From NCBI GenBank assembly GCA_964016885.1, contig OZ024747.1:66650001-66714000 (forward strand): DNA of 64,000 nt. The letters run 5' to 3'. The DNA comes from Eledone cirrhosa (Eukaryota). A model generated the notes under the pieces. That model made no database searches. It worked only from the letters and a program-made list of their open reading frames with translations, and was not told the DNA's origin. The position numbers and the translations under genes were made by a program. Below are positions 12,994-27,003 of this stretch, piece after piece; position 1 is the first letter of the stretch, and each line of letters begins with the position of its first letter.

Positions 12994-14906
12994 ATGGCGG
13001 AGCCACGCCCCCTAGAGGCGGGTCTGCTGTCGTGCAACGGCGACTTGAGCGTTGAGAGGAGAGGTGAGGCGAGGAGCGCCACCAGCACGAATGTGAGCAG
13101 CGACAGTGCCAGCACCAACGGGCCGAGCGGCGCGGAAGGTGGTAACAGCGACAACACCAACACCAACAAGCCGAACAGCGCAGACGGTGGTAATAGCGAG
13201 AGCACCAACAAAACGAACAGCACAGAGAGTAATAGTAGCGACAGCAGCAGCACCAACAAGGCCAACAGCACAGAAGGTAACCACGACACAGGGGAGAACA
13301 ACAACAGCAATAGCAGCAGCAACACCAACAAGAACAACAACAGTGACAACACCATCAAGAACACTTTCGCTGCTGTGGCAGCGGCTAAAAGGAGACCATG
13401 CTACAGCATCGACTTAACCAACAGAGAGGAAAAGTTGGCCCAGGCCTGGAAAATCATAAATCAAGAGCAGACCTGGGCAAACTTAACTGTCCCGGCAGAA
13501 GCCATTGAGGCAGTGGAAAAAAGAACGGTGCATTTCAGATGCATCTCAGTAGAGACAAAGAGGGCAGCGATAATCGCCCAAGCTGACATAGAAGCCGCAC
13601 TGAAATACATCAGAGAGGACACAGACTTCATAGAGAGGGGCAGGCAATACGGCACCGTTTCGGTGCTGTTCAAGTCTGAAGCCCTCGCTGTGAAGCATTC
13701 AATGACCCCTTGCAAAACCAGCAAGGTCATAATGTACCCCTCCCACATGGGAAAACGAATAGCACGTGTGCGCATTCCCAGGATTCCACCAGGACTTGAT
13801 ATGTGGTGGCTCCTGGGTTGCGTAATCGTGGAAGGAACGGATACAGTCCCGGTAGAGGCAACGAGAACTGCCAGGGACGACTGGTCCGGGGTTGATCTGG
13901 AGATACTGCTCCAAATCAGACCCGAAAACGTAAAAACAATCCCGGACCACATCCGCCTCCAAAACGGGAGGGTGTTGCATATAATGACTGAGGGCAAAAG
14001 GCCGCATTGTTTCCTTTGTGGGGAAACGACACACTTGCGAGCCTTCTGCCCTCAACTGCCGAAAAGCGCAAGGGGTCGAAAGATTCCACTGCTGGCGACG
14101 CCGGGACAAGGACCACCAGCAACACCGTCAACAATGGAACCACCAAAATTGCACACCCAGGGGGGAAACGAGGAAAGCTCTCCCATTCCCCCTCCCCCCC
14201 CCAAAATACACACACGAACAAGAACATAAACACTCACTCAGACACAAACACGCTCACAGCCACAGACCCCTCATCCTCCAGCAGTGAAGATGAGGGAAAA
14301 CCAAAGTCCCCCAAAATACAAAAAACAAAACACAAAAAAAAAAGAAATCCACAAAGCACAAACACCCCCACAAAAAAAAATACACACACCACCCACACAA
14401 ACATTTTCCCCACAGCATCACCAACACAACCACCAAAATCCCCCAAACGCAAACAAGCTAAACAGACACAAGAACAAATAGACACACAAACATCAGAAAC
14501 TACAGACACCCCACCCACAACAAACGCAGACACAATAGAAACAACACTAACAAAGCTATCACCACCACAATCACACGAACAAATAAAACCCGAGCAACAA
14601 AACATTAAAAACTTCGTGCTTGCCAGAAGGGCCAACAAGGAATTGATGGCCCATGTAGCACGAAGCACAAACATCGAAAAAGACGGGGAAACATTTGAAG
14701 CGAGCACATTTCGCGTACCAGATAATTTGCTTCTGATGCGAATGTCGCTCGCTTCATACAAAGAAATTCGAAAGAGCTTTCCTCGGGATGTGGGAACCCC
14801 GAACGTAAAACCCACGTCAAGACTATTAAAGGGGTTCCCAAAAGAAACCCCACAAACCATGGAGGTCGAACCACCCGACCTTCACAAGACCCCGGAAGGT
14901 AAGTAA
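12994..14906 (+). pseudogene. Tx1 B ORF1 (low-complexity N-terminus, RRM-like region, CX2CX4HX4C knuckle), one frameshift
   Basis: CFLCGETTHLRAFC. ORFs 12994..14229 and 14007..14906 overlap; the shift is probably in the C-runs near 14190-14200 and could be a sequencing error. Confidence 0.85.
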
Positions 14907-14935
14907 ACCTTTCCTCTCCCATTCATCCTGCCAGC

Positions 14936-17900
14936 ATGGCCATAAGAGTAGGAAGTTTGAATGTTCGTGGCCTGGGGTCGCCCTGGAAGCAAGGTCACTT
15001 GCTCAACGACCTCAGGTCACTAGGAATGGATGTAATTGCCATCAGCGAGACCAGAATTTCCGACACACGCGCACTGGCGCCGATTTTCGACGATTATCAG
15101 ATCTTTGCATCTGTTAGTCGGCCGGGAATGGGAGGTGGAGTGGCTGTGCTGTTTAGGAAATGTCTGGATCTCGAGGTAAGGTCAATCTTCCGGGATCCTG
15201 ACGGAAAGTTGGTGGTCCTGGACGTGAGCAATAGCGAAGGTGGTGCCTTTAGACTGGTGGCCGTCTACGCCCCTACTGGGGCCGGTCGGCCGGACTTCTT
15301 TAGGCGCCTGGAAAACTTTCTGCTTACGTCTCGCCCTTTACTGTTAATAGGGGATTGGAATGGCATCTTAGAAGCACGCTGGGATTGTGTGGGAGTATCT
15401 GATAGGAGCGGGGGGTGCAAAAGCCTCAAGTACCTGATCAGCCAGTTTCAACTGTCTGACAGGTACCGACTAGATTTCCCTAATGCGCCAGTATGGACCT
15501 GGACCAATCGCATAGGGTCATCTAGATCGTACATAGATAGGATTTTCATTAGGAAAAGAGATAGAAATAGTGTAGGATGTCCACATTTTAAAACGGTTGC
15601 CTATTCAGATCACAAGCTTGTGATCTGTATGGTCGACCTAGATAAGACACGTAGGTTAGGACCTAGCTACTGGAAGCTAAACATGTCGTTTCCGGCACGT
15701 AAAGCTTACAGGGACCGGGTCAACAACTTAGTTAAGCAAAAGTTGACAGGGGGGGTTGTCAACAACAGGTGGTGGGGGGCACTCAAAAGAGAGATTAGAG
15801 CAACCTCGATAGGATTTAGCAAAGAAGTAGCAATAGAGAAAAATAGAAAGGAGGAGGGGCTGATAGCTAAGTTAGACGAGGCTATTTGTAGTGGCATTGC
15901 AACAGACGTGCTAGCGGCGAGAATGGCACTAGACCATTTCTTCAATGCGAAACACGAAGGTTGCATTGTCAGAGCTAAGGCGCGTGCTCTGAGGAACGAG
16001 GGAAGCAAAGCTGCCCGATGGGCTCGCTTTGCAGAGACGCAGCGTGGAAATAAAACCACAATTCGGTCTTTGACGGATCGAGATGGACACGAACTGAGCG
16101 ATTCCAAGCAGATGTGTGAGGCCTTTCGCCAGCACTTTGCTCGATTGTTCGGGAGGATGGGTGAGTCGGAGACGGCGGCGGACTTCAGTCCCTACCTCGA
16201 CGGCTTGCCACGCCTCTCGACGGCCGACGCTGAGCGCTGCGAAGAGCCGATAACATCAGCCGAAATTCAGGACGCCCTTGTCGGCTGCTCGAGTCGCAAG
16301 TCACCCGGTTTGGATGGTCTGCCCTACGAGCTTTACGTAAATATGCCAGACTTGTTCTCCGATCTCCTCGAAGCGCTCTACTGCAACTGGCAGCAGAACG
16401 GGAGCATTCCCAGTTCTGTGAGCCGTGGCGTAGTGACGCTGATAAGGAAAGACGAGAACAAGAGGGACACACTAGATAATTTCAGGCCCATAACCCTGCT
16501 CAACACAGAGTTTAAGATTTTGGCCAAGGTGTTAGCGAAAAGGTTGGCGCTTGTCGTCAAAGATTTGGTTGGGGAGGCGCAAACTTGCGCAATCCCGACC
16601 AGGTCCATACACGACAACCTCCACCTCATGCGATACATTATAGAGAGGGTTGGGTGCAAACCTGGCTTCGGTGGGGCTCTGATCAATTTAGATCAATCGA
16701 AAGCATTCGATAGGGTCGACCATCGGTACTTGGAGGCTGTCCTCGAGGCGGCTGGCTTCGGCCCCGTCTTCAGAAGCTGGATCGCTGCAATGTACAACGG
16801 CATCCGCTCGGTGGTCAAAGTTAATGGCCACCTCTCGGAACCGTTTCAGATCTCTCGATCGGTCCGTCAAGGGTGCCCTCTCTCCTCACTTCTGTACGTA
16901 TTGACTCTTGAGCCTCTACTGCGGAAGCTGGAGTTGTTGCAGGGCATCCCGCTCGAACCGGGACGTAGAAAGGCTGCGTCCGCTTATGCGGACGACATCA
17001 CCGTGATGGTGTCGGACACCTCGGAAATCGAGGTGATCCGCACCCATTTGGAGGAATATGAAAGGTTGACGGGAGCAAAACTTAACCCGGAAAAGTCGGT
17101 GGGCTTGCAGCTCGGCACCTGGAGAGGCAAGTCCATGCCGTCCAACAGCGTCGTTGGGCGCTGGACAGACGGACCGGTAAAGTTGCTCGGGGTTTGGTTC
17201 GGACCAGACCTCCAGGTGGATAAGAATTGGGACGAGGTGACGAGCAGGATAGCCAACCTCACCCAGAAATGGGCTGAGAGAAAGCTATCACTGAAAGGGC
17301 GGGCGGAGGTGGCGAACGCGTACATCGCGTCCGTCATCTACTACCGCCTGACCGTCGTGCCTTGCCCCCGTCCACGCCTCGCCAATTTGGAACGGCTCCT
17401 TTTCAAATTTTTGTGGAGGGGACGCGTCCCGTTGGTGAGGCGGTCCATCTGCTGCCAGCACCCTCTTCGTGGAGGGCTGGGCATGCCGTGGCTAATGATG
17501 CGCAGACATGCGCTGAGGCTGCGACATCTCCAGATATTTTGCCTAAACGGTGAACAGGTGTGGTCGCCGTTTGTTAGACGGGCCTTTCCGCAGCTCATCT
17601 CTTTGACTGAGCTGCAGTCCTGGGTCAAGAAGAGACCGAGACTGGGCGACTGGCATCTGGAATGTTGCCAGGCGCTCACTGCACTCTGCAAGGTGGGCAA
17701 TGCGGTCAGTGGAACTTCCACTCAAGATTTCTATAGAGGATTAGTGGAGGGCAAGTGCGATGACGTACTAGGAGAGGCTCTGGGCGTCAACGAAGTAGAA
17801 CTGACCAGTATGTTCCGGAGGACTTTCGAGCCGGGGACGATGGATAACTTCCAGAAATCCCTCGCTTGGCAGTGCTACCGGGGGGCGCTGCCGGTTCGGG

Positions 17901-18355
17901 ATAAACTCTACAGGCACGGAAGTGCTGTCAGACGAACCTGCCCGAGATGCGCGCAGAGCGACGAAACCGTTCTGCACGCACTCGTCCAGTGTCCGTGCAT
18001 TGCTGACTTGTGGGGTTATGTCGAACAGCTATTGTCGCGTGTAGAACGGATCCGGCTATCGTCCGAGTCCATAGTGAAGATTGACCCGCCGCCTTCTTTT
18101 GGTCAGGAAGGGCAGGCAATTTTCCTCTGCCTGGTGGCAGTAGCGAAAGAGGTTGCATGGTGGACCAGGTTGAAAGGACTGAAGACAGACACTTTTCTCT
18201 TCGGCCAATCCCTCATCAACTTCTTCAAGTTTCACTTGGAAAGGAAGGTGAGGGTGGAGAGAGAAGTGCTGCCCCCCAGTACATTTACTGAAAGGTGGGT
18301 GAATGTGGCGAGAATGGCCCGCGTGAGTGGGCCTACTCTGATCATGCGCCTGTAG
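14936..18355 (+). CDS. Tx1 B ORF2: APE endonuclease-reverse transcriptase-zinc finger, 1139 aa, intact
   Basis: GDWN, SYIDRIF, SDHK, RQGCPLS, YADD, CPRC..ETVLHALVQC. Confidence 0.95.
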   Translation: MAIRVGSLNVRGLGSPWKQGHLLNDLRSLGMDVIAISETRISDTRALAPIFDDYQIFASVSRPGMGGGVAVLFRKCLDLEVRSIFRDPDGKLVVLDVSNSEGGAFRLVAVYAPTGAGRPDFFRRLENFLLTSRPLLLIGDWNGILEARWDCVGVSDRSGGCKSLKYLISQFQLSDRYRLDFPNAPVWTWTNRIGSSRSYIDRIFIRKRDRNSVGCPHFKTVAYSDHKLVICMVDLDKTRRLGPSYWKLNMSFPARKAYRDRVNNLVKQKLTGGVVNNRWWGALKREIRATSIGFSKEVAIEKNRKEEGLIAKLDEAICSGIATDVLAARMALDHFFNAKHEGCIVRAKARALRNEGSKAARWARFAETQRGNKTTIRSLTDRDGHELSDSKQMCEAFRQHFARLFGRMGESETAADFSPYLDGLPRLSTADAERCEEPITSAEIQDALVGCSSRKSPGLDGLPYELYVNMPDLFSDLLEALYCNWQQNGSIPSSVSRGVVTLIRKDENKRDTLDNFRPITLLNTEFKILAKVLAKRLALVVKDLVGEAQTCAIPTRSIHDNLHLMRYIIERVGCKPGFGGALINLDQSKAFDRVDHRYLEAVLEAAGFGPVFRSWIAAMYNGIRSVVKVNGHLSEPFQISRSVRQGCPLSSLLYVLTLEPLLRKLELLQGIPLEPGRRKAASAYADDITVMVSDTSEIEVIRTHLEEYERLTGAKLNPEKSVGLQLGTWRGKSMPSNSVVGRWTDGPVKLLGVWFGPDLQVDKNWDEVTSRIANLTQKWAERKLSLKGRAEVANAYIASVIYYRLTVVPCPRPRLANLERLLFKFLWRGRVPLVRRSICCQHPLRGGLGMPWLMMRRHALRLRHLQIFCLNGEQVWSPFVRRAFPQLISLTELQSWVKKRPRLGDWHLECCQALTALCKVGNAVSGTSTQDFYRGLVEGKCDDVLGEALGVNEVELTSMFRRTFEPGTMDNFQKSLAWQCYRGALPVRDKLYRHGSAVRRTCPRCAQSDETVLHALVQCPCIADLWGYVEQLLSRVERIRLSSESIVKIDPPPSFGQEGQAIFLCLVAVAKEVAWWTRLKGLKTDTFLFGQSLINFFKFHLERKVRVEREVLPPSTFTERWVNVARMARVSGPTLIMRL

Positions 18356-18612
18356 GCTGGTGAATTCGAGAAGGAGAGGGGTGCCCTTCCCGGGTGCCCT
18401 AGGAGCGTCGGGTGGCTCAGGACTGGTGGGGTGCTTGAGTCAACCCTGGGTGGTGATCCCTCTTATTGGGGAACTTTCATTGTTGTATTTTTATTGTTAT
18501 TTTGTTTTTGTTTTTTTGTTATTTATACTTACTCGATCTCTATGTAAACCCCCACTGTCCCTGTCTATTGTGTTGTCCCCTATATGTCGGCCCTTGTGGC
18601 CAATAAATGAAA

Positions 18613-18680
<68 letters not shown>

Positions 18681-19447
18681 GCTGTTGTTGCTGTTGTTGT
18701 TATTAGTATTGGTATAGATTCCTATGTTTTCCTTTTCTTTATTTTCAAAGCTTTGCTTTACTCGTTATTTCATCTTCAGCGATAATAGTACACATATTTT
18801 TTTGTTGTTGTTGTTCTTAATATTCTTATATGTTCCTTCCATAGTTCATATATATAGGCCAACCTATACATTGCTGATATCACTCAATAATGAAATGTGA
18901 TATATCTGTTTATATGTATGTATGTATGTATATTTGTGTGTATGTATGTATGTATGTATGTATGTATGTATGTATGTATGTATGTATGTATGTATGTATG
19001 TATGTATGTATATATGTATGTATGTTTATATGTATGTATGTATTTCGTCTTGGGATAAGTTCCATTTATCATTTGATGACTATATTTATAAATACATAAA
19101 TATACAAGATCGAGTACAATACGCTCTGTCTTGGTCTACACTCGCAACAGCGCCATCGTATGTGAGCGGATCTTTTTCGCGTGGTTGCGATCTTTTCACC
19201 ACTGAAACTATACACATTATTTATAGTGGACCCCCAGGTAATAAACTTTTTTAATACTTGTAGACATAAAATATATAACAACTTTCCTTAGAATATAGAG
19301 TTAGCTTGGTCGTTATATAGTAACCTGCATCCCACTTTTTAAACTAATTACTTAACTTCGAAACCTTCTGGTGTGGTATTGTATTGATGTACCTGCATCT
19401 CATTCTTTACAACTGATCAGCCGTTCAACCTACATTAGGTAGATATA

Positions 19448-19790
19448 CAGGGGAAGCAAACTTTTGAAATTTTATTTCTAAAAGTGTTTTAAGTATATCA
19501 TTAATTTTCTTCTTTTATCATCAGGTTAAAATATATTGGACTTTGTTTGAATTTCTTAAAGAATTTGAAAATGTCATCCAATAGAGAAATGCTATTCAAA
19601 CCTCATCGCGCAGGGAGGTAAGATTCGGATATAACAAAGTTACTTTCAGTTGCTAAGTCTACTGCTTGGAAAGCTTTGAAACATTTTAAAGAGCAAGGAG
19701 ATTTGTCAAATAAACCTCAGACGTGGAAGACCGTGAACTAAACGGACTCCTACTTTCATTAAACCATTTCGAAAAAGGATAAGAAGAAAT
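19448..19790 (+). mobile_element. Tc1/mariner-superfamily DNA transposon 5' relic (HTH region)
   Basis: TA|CAGGG start. A degenerate frame from ATG 19571 reads MSSNRE..DITKLLSVAKSTAWKALKHFKEQGDLSNKP, then after a frameshift GRP*TKRTP..RKRIRRN. Ends in (TTC)n. Confidence 0.65.
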
Positions 19791-19876
19791 TTCTTCTTCT
19801 TCTTCTTCTTCTTCTTCTTCTTCTTCTTCTTCTTCTTCTTCTTCTTCTTCTTCTTCTTCTTCTTCTTCTTCTTCTT

Positions 19877-19924
<48 letters not shown>

Positions 19925-20014
19925 TAGTTTGAACTTTCTAAACTGGGTACTAACGAACTAGTAGGACCAAACAGAATAACAATTTAAAAAAATGACTGCA
20001 TTTAGAATGTATGA

Positions 20015-20110
20015 GCGGAGAGCCGATTATATCGACTCTTGTACTTGACTGATACTTTATTTTATCGACTCCGGACGGATGAAAGACAAATTTAACCTCG
20101 ACAAGATTTT
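20015..20110 (-). mobile_element. Degraded SINE copy (cephalopod-type family)
   Basis: Reverse complement of the GAGGTTAA..TTTCATCC...GTCGATAAAATAAAGTA core seen at 30095-30155. Confidence 0.6.
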
Positions 20111-21079
20111 AAAGTAATAATAATATTAGAGTGTTTTTTTTTTGTTTTGTTTTTTTTTGTTTTAGTTTAGACACAATGTCTGCAATTAAACGAGATGGGG
20201 AAGCTGGTTATTTCGACAGCAGTAATTGGCTGGTACTTTATTTCATTCACTCCAAAAGGATGGAAAGCAAATAAATTATAAATTTTGCCATTATTCTTAC
20301 TATCACTTTCAAGGATATTTATCAAATATAGTATATTTTCCTTTTAATAACTTTCCTTAAGTATTTGTATATTTAATGAAGATAATTTCATTATTCTCTT
20401 TGGTTATCGCCAAAACATTACATTTTTCAGAGATTAGCTGCAAACAAAAAAATTATTTTTCCTCTCTCCTCTCTCCTCTCTCCTCTCTCCTCTCTCTTCC
20501 CTCTCTCTTTTCCCTTCTCTCTCCTTTCTCTTTCCTCTGTCTCTATTCCCTTTGTCTCTCTCCCCTTTCAGTCCCCCTCTCTCTCTTCTGTCTCTCTCGC
20601 ACCCTCACAGCTCTAGCCCCTTTCTCCCCCACCCTCTCTCTCTCGTTTCAGTTTGAGTAGATTGGTGCATCAATCAGCTACCCAACCCAGTATAATTATA
20701 TACTTCACCAACAACATCAACAATATTTCATAACAAGAATTTCTCTACAAACTACAGATAAATCACTGAAGAAATTACAACACCTTGTATTGTATTATTT
20801 CTGTCTGGTTTAAACCTCATGCATCAATTCAATAATCTTTACTTCTACATGTTGGCTTTGTTTGGTTTTTATTCTCTTCTATATAACTGTAAGCTGGGCT
20901 GAATGAATTGTGACGAATATTAATGTATCTAAAACTGCATTACATTACCGAGATTTTGCTGGTATATTTACAATAAGGATGTACAGTGAAGTTAATAAAT
21001 TTGGATAGGTTCATCTGCCATAAGGTGAAGGAATGTACAAGGCTTCAAGGTCTTCCATTTGTCTGGGGAATATATTGAG

Positions 21080-21318
21080 TGAGTGTTAAAGACCAAAGGT
21101 CATTATTGAAAGTCTCTGGATTTCGCAAAATACATAATATTATTTATTGGAGAAGGTAAGATATTTTTCCGCAAGAATTTGATTGCACTGTTTTGTTTCC
21201 ACTTATGTAATTTTGGAAAATGTTATCTATTCATTATAAAAATTAAATGATAGCATTCTATATGTAGGTGCGCTCCCTTCATCTCTTGGCAACCAATATT
21301 TTTAGAACCAGTCCGCCA

Positions 21319-21321
<3 letters not shown>
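21080..21321. mobile_element. Partial copy (right end) of the hAT-like non-autonomous element
   Basis: Similar to 24390-24621 and ends in CCAGTCCGCCACTG. Confidence 0.7.
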
Positions 21322-21380
<59 letters not shown>

Positions 21381-21974
21381 GTTGTGTGGATATATGCACT
21401 TTGTAATCTATGAAATTTATGTGTTTTAACTATGCCAACATGTATTTATCTGAGTTTGATTATTTATGCATAAACATACTTGATAGTATTTTAGAGCGTA
21501 TCATATACTGTATTGTACTAAGTGCAACTTACCACACCGTACTATATTGTGTTGGTTAAGTTGTATATTATCGCATTACTGTATTTCATTATCTTATTAT
21601 AATTTTCATCTTTTAATATACTATCTTTCCTAGCCATAACCTTAATTTACATTCACCTAAAACTCAATACAACACTAATCACCATTTATTTTGACATTCT
21701 TTTTAACTTCACTATACCAGATACATTCAACTATCAGTTTGACAATCCCTTTCCTCCTAATAGATTTTTATGCCAATTCTACTATTAACCATTCCTTTCA
21801 AAGGGTCATGACCTCAACTAATGTGTATTACTTTTCATCTTAACACCATATTAAAAAGAAACAATTTGATTCGTTAGTTCTTCAACTACCTCCAAATAAG
21901 GACATGATACTAACATACTACTAATTCTGAATAAAATTATTATTGAATAAAATTATTATTGCTTTTGAAAACAG

Positions 21975-21988
21975 CTGGTGATATGCAT
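21975..21988 (+). other. Candidate 14-nt micro-exon
   Basis: TACTAAC at 21908, no AG until ACAG| at 21974, donor CAT|GTAAGT. Confidence 0.3.
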
Positions 21989-22165
21989 GTAAGTAAATAT
22001 TCTCTTTATCTGATATTTTGTAACTAACCTTACATAGATCAATAACGGAGTATAGCTATAATGTATTATCATCATCTAGAAACGATCGTAAAGCAGTGAA
22101 GTATATCTCTAATGACTTGATTTTTTATTTCATTGTTTTAACTTATATATATAACGTCAATCATT

Positions 22166-23422
22166 GTAAGTTTGAATCTAACTGACATGCAAAAACATAT
22201 ATATATGAATAAGGTAAGCCCAAATTATAGTAGATTCAAATATCACATAGAGAAAGAGAGGGGGGGGGGTGAGGTGCAACAGAAATGAAACATGGGTTAC
22301 AGGTTAAAATATAGTCTAGATAGATGAGAAACAAAACGAGGACGTAGTTTATGGAACAGCCAAATGATTTAGCAGTCGACCTTAAGTAGGGGCAAAAACA
22401 TTAAGAAAGACATGAACGACACCACATGATTTTGTTTTGAAAATTTTGAAAGTAGGTTTATAAGTATGAATTTTCACTAGATTTTTCGTAGTTGCCTCTG
22501 TGGCCCAGCGCTAGAGACGGTGGAGATCCTGGCGTTGGGTTCAATCCTGGTCAAGAGACACATGCAAACTTTTTCAGTTTTTATTTTACATCCCATAGAA
22601 AAAAACTGAAAAGGTATACCGGGAACCCTACTCCCGACCACGTTCGAACTTCAGACCAGGATCACCACCGTCTACGATTCCTCCAACTAGGCCGCCGGGA
22701 CAGTTACAAAAATATTGTGAAAATTAATAATTATAAACCTACTTTCAAATCAAAGTTTAAAACATGTGGTGTCGTTCATGGCTTTCCTAGAGATATTAGT
22801 AATATTTAGGGTCGACTTGTCAATCTTCTGGCTCTTTGGTAACAACCTTTTTATTCCTGTGTGTTTAAGTGTTGAATATAATTTAATTTGATCATTTTAG
22901 CAAACAAACAAAAACATATATATATACATACAATGCCAAGTTTGAATCTGACATGCAAAAAGATATATGTATGAATAAAGTAACCCCAAATAATAGTAGA
23001 TTTAAATATCACATAGCGAAAGATAAATGAGGAAATGAGATGCAATGAAACGTGGATTACAGGTTAAAATATAGTCTAGATAGATGAGAAACAAAAGGAG
23101 GATGTAGTTTATGGAACACCCAAACGATTTAGAAGTCGACCTTAAGTAGGGGCTATATCATTAAGAAAGACATGAACGACACCATGATTTTGTTTTGAAA
23201 ATTTTGAAAGTAGGTTTATAAGTATAAATTTTCACAAGAATTTCGTAGTTGTCTCTGTGGCCTAGCAGTAGGTACTAGAGATAGTGGGGATCATGGCTTT
23301 CCTAGAGCTATTAGTCATATTTAGGGTCGATTTGTCAATCTTCTGGCTCTTTGGTAACAACCTCATTATTCATATGTGTGTTTAACTGTTGAATTAATTT
23401 AATTTGATTATTTTAACAAACA

Positions 23423-23430
<8 letters not shown>
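22166..23430. repeat. Tandem duplication (period about 770 bp) containing a foldback element; second copy internally deleted
   Basis: AAGTTTGAATCT..GACATGCAAAAA occurs at about 22168 and 22938, and the downstream sequence is colinear. Confidence 0.8.
22361..22832. mobile_element. Foldback/MITE-like element with about 100-bp imperfect inverted arms enclosing two convergent tRNA-like units
   Basis: ATGAACGACACCACATG..TTTGAAAGTAGGTTTATAA versus TTATAAACCTACTTTCAAA..CATGTGGTGTCGTTCAT. A-box/B-box-like motifs at 22494-22559 (+) and 22631-22701 (-). Confidence 0.65.
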
Positions 23431-23453
<23 letters not shown>

Positions 23454-23528
23454 GGAACAAATATGACCCCGGCGGCAGAGCTCAAGCCGCTTCGACAGCT
23501 ATTTCTGGCCTATATATATGTATATACA

Positions 23529-24621
<1,093 letters not shown>

Positions 24622-24866
24622 TACATACATATGTGTGAGTAAGTGTAAATATGTATATAATTTGTACCCTCATGTCAATATTAGAAATCATTGTTTGCAA
24701 ACAAAACAAACTGAACCAAAAAAGAAATACTAACTAAACAATTATATATAAACTAACAGGAAATACATATATAATCTAAAAAACAGTTATAATGACATGG
24801 AACAATTTTATTATGGTGAGAGAAGAGGCTATCGATATGGAAACGAGCAGCTGAAACAAGTTTCTG

Positions 24867-25031
<165 letters not shown>

Positions 25032-25161
25032 CATATATATATATGTATATGTATATATATAAATATGTATATGTATATATATATATATATATATATGTAT
25101 ATCTATATATACATATATATATATATGTGTATATATATATATATGTGTATATCTATCTATC

Positions 25162-25192
<31 letters not shown>

Positions 25193-25278
25193 GTTTATAT
25201 ATGCACACAGACAATGTAGTTGGAAGCATGTGATACAATAAATGAGCCAGCGATAGGAAGAAAGAAACAATAAATACA

Positions 25279-25334
<56 letters not shown>

Positions 25335-25407
25335 TTAATATCATTGTATATATATATATATATTCTCTGTGTGTGTAAATATATATATATATATTTATAC
25401 ACACAGA

Positions 25408-25446
<39 letters not shown>

Positions 25447-25841
25447 TATATATGCATGTGTGTGTGTTTGTGTGTGTGCGTGTGTGTTTGTGTGTTTGTA
25501 CAGTAATCTAGTAGCAAACAGCAAGTGGTGCAATCAGTTATATTCTGTCGATGACAAAAACACTTGGAACAGAACCAAATGTATATTCTCACTGAGTGAT
25601 ATTATTTTAATTTACTTACGTATTCCATTGTTTTACATTTGCTCTCTTTCATATTTATATCTTTTATTTCCCTATGCTTTCTGTTCGCTATTTTTAAAAA
25701 TATCTCTTACACCTTTTATGGCTCTTTATCCTCATGTTTTCTCTGTGTGGTTGCATATATACATATATATATATATATACACATATATATATTATATATA
25801 CATATATATATTATATATACATATATATATTGCGTATTATA

Positions 25842-25949
<108 letters not shown>

Positions 25950-26242
25950 CATATATATATATATAATACATATATGTATTTATTTATTTATATATATATT
26001 AAATATATTATATATATTATATATATGTATATATATATATTATATAACATATATATATATATAATATATATATATAATATATATATATTATATATATGCA
26101 AACACACAGAGAAAACAGGATAAAGAGCCATAAAAGTTGTAAGAGATATTTTTAAAAGTAGCGAACAGAAAGCATGTAATATATATATATATATATATAT
26201 ATTAAATTATATATATTAAATTATATATATTATATATTTTAG

Positions 26243-26506
26243 GAGAGGGAAATGGATATCAAGTACTTTTCTATGACAATTCCTAACCAACTGGAAACCA
26301 TGAGTATATTTTTACCAAATCAAAATGACGGATACCTCAATGCTGTAGATGTGTTAGTCAACACGAACAACAAAGAAATAAAACGCTTCAAAAGCATTGC
26401 ATCAATTTACACAGTACTCCTACAATTTATGCTATTATTATCATCAGTATTGGAATTATTATTAATATTATTTCTTAGTAATATTTCTATTGTCTGTTGC
26501 CTATGA
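26243..26506 (+). other. Candidate terminal coding exon with hydrophobic C-terminus
   Basis: TTTTAG| acceptor at 26242; open frame to the stop at 26506; no recognisable homology. Confidence 0.2.
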
Positions 26507-26829
26507 GCTCTGGACTTGAGCACTGATATTTTTGGTGTTATTTCTTTTGCACTGAATATACTCTACGTAATATGTGTATAGTGCCTAGTTCTCCTATTGT
26601 CTATATGTTATATATATTTGTATGTCTTTAGAAACTCTATGTTATCCGTGTGCAATGACATGTAGTGCTATTTCTGTACTTTTTGTATATATCTGAGTAC
26701 TCTACATAATATGTATGCTGTACATAGTAGTGTTATTTTCTGTTTGTTGTATATATTTGTAAATCCAGGAGCACCTATTATTATAGAGATTTATATTTTC
26801 ATTATCTATATTCAGGTAATTTCTATGCC

Positions 26830-27003
26830 CAACACCATGCTTCGTGGCATAGAGTTACATTCCTTTATGTTCTGACTTCAAATCCCACCGAGGTTAACTT
26901 TGAATTTCACCCTTAAGAGGTCGATAAAATAAGCACTGGGGTCGATTTAATCGTCTTGCCCCCTACCCCCAAAATTGTTGGCCTTTTGCTTAAATCAGAA
27001 ACC
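26830..27003 (+). mobile_element. tRNA-derived SINE copy (cephalopod-type); related copies at about 27130-27260, 28590-28780 and 30780-30860 (-)
   Basis: TTCAAATCCCACCGAGGTTAACTTTG..GGTCGATAAAATAAG..GGGGTCGAT core shared among the copies. Confidence 0.7.

Larger units (their letters stand above)
12785..18615 (+). mobile_element. Full-length Tx1-clade non-LTR retrotransposon, family B
   Basis: 5' UTR, ORF1, intact ORF2, 3' UTR with AATAAA at 18602; (TTA)n on both sides. Confidence 0.94.

Noticed and set aside
14007-14229. Programmed frameshift in Tx1 B ORF1
   Set aside because: The homologous ORF1 in A2 is a single frame; a homopolymer indel or sequencing error is the simpler explanation.
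22494-22701. Bona fide tRNA genes
   Set aside because: The anticodon and T arms do not fold canonically, so they are treated as tRNA-derived units.
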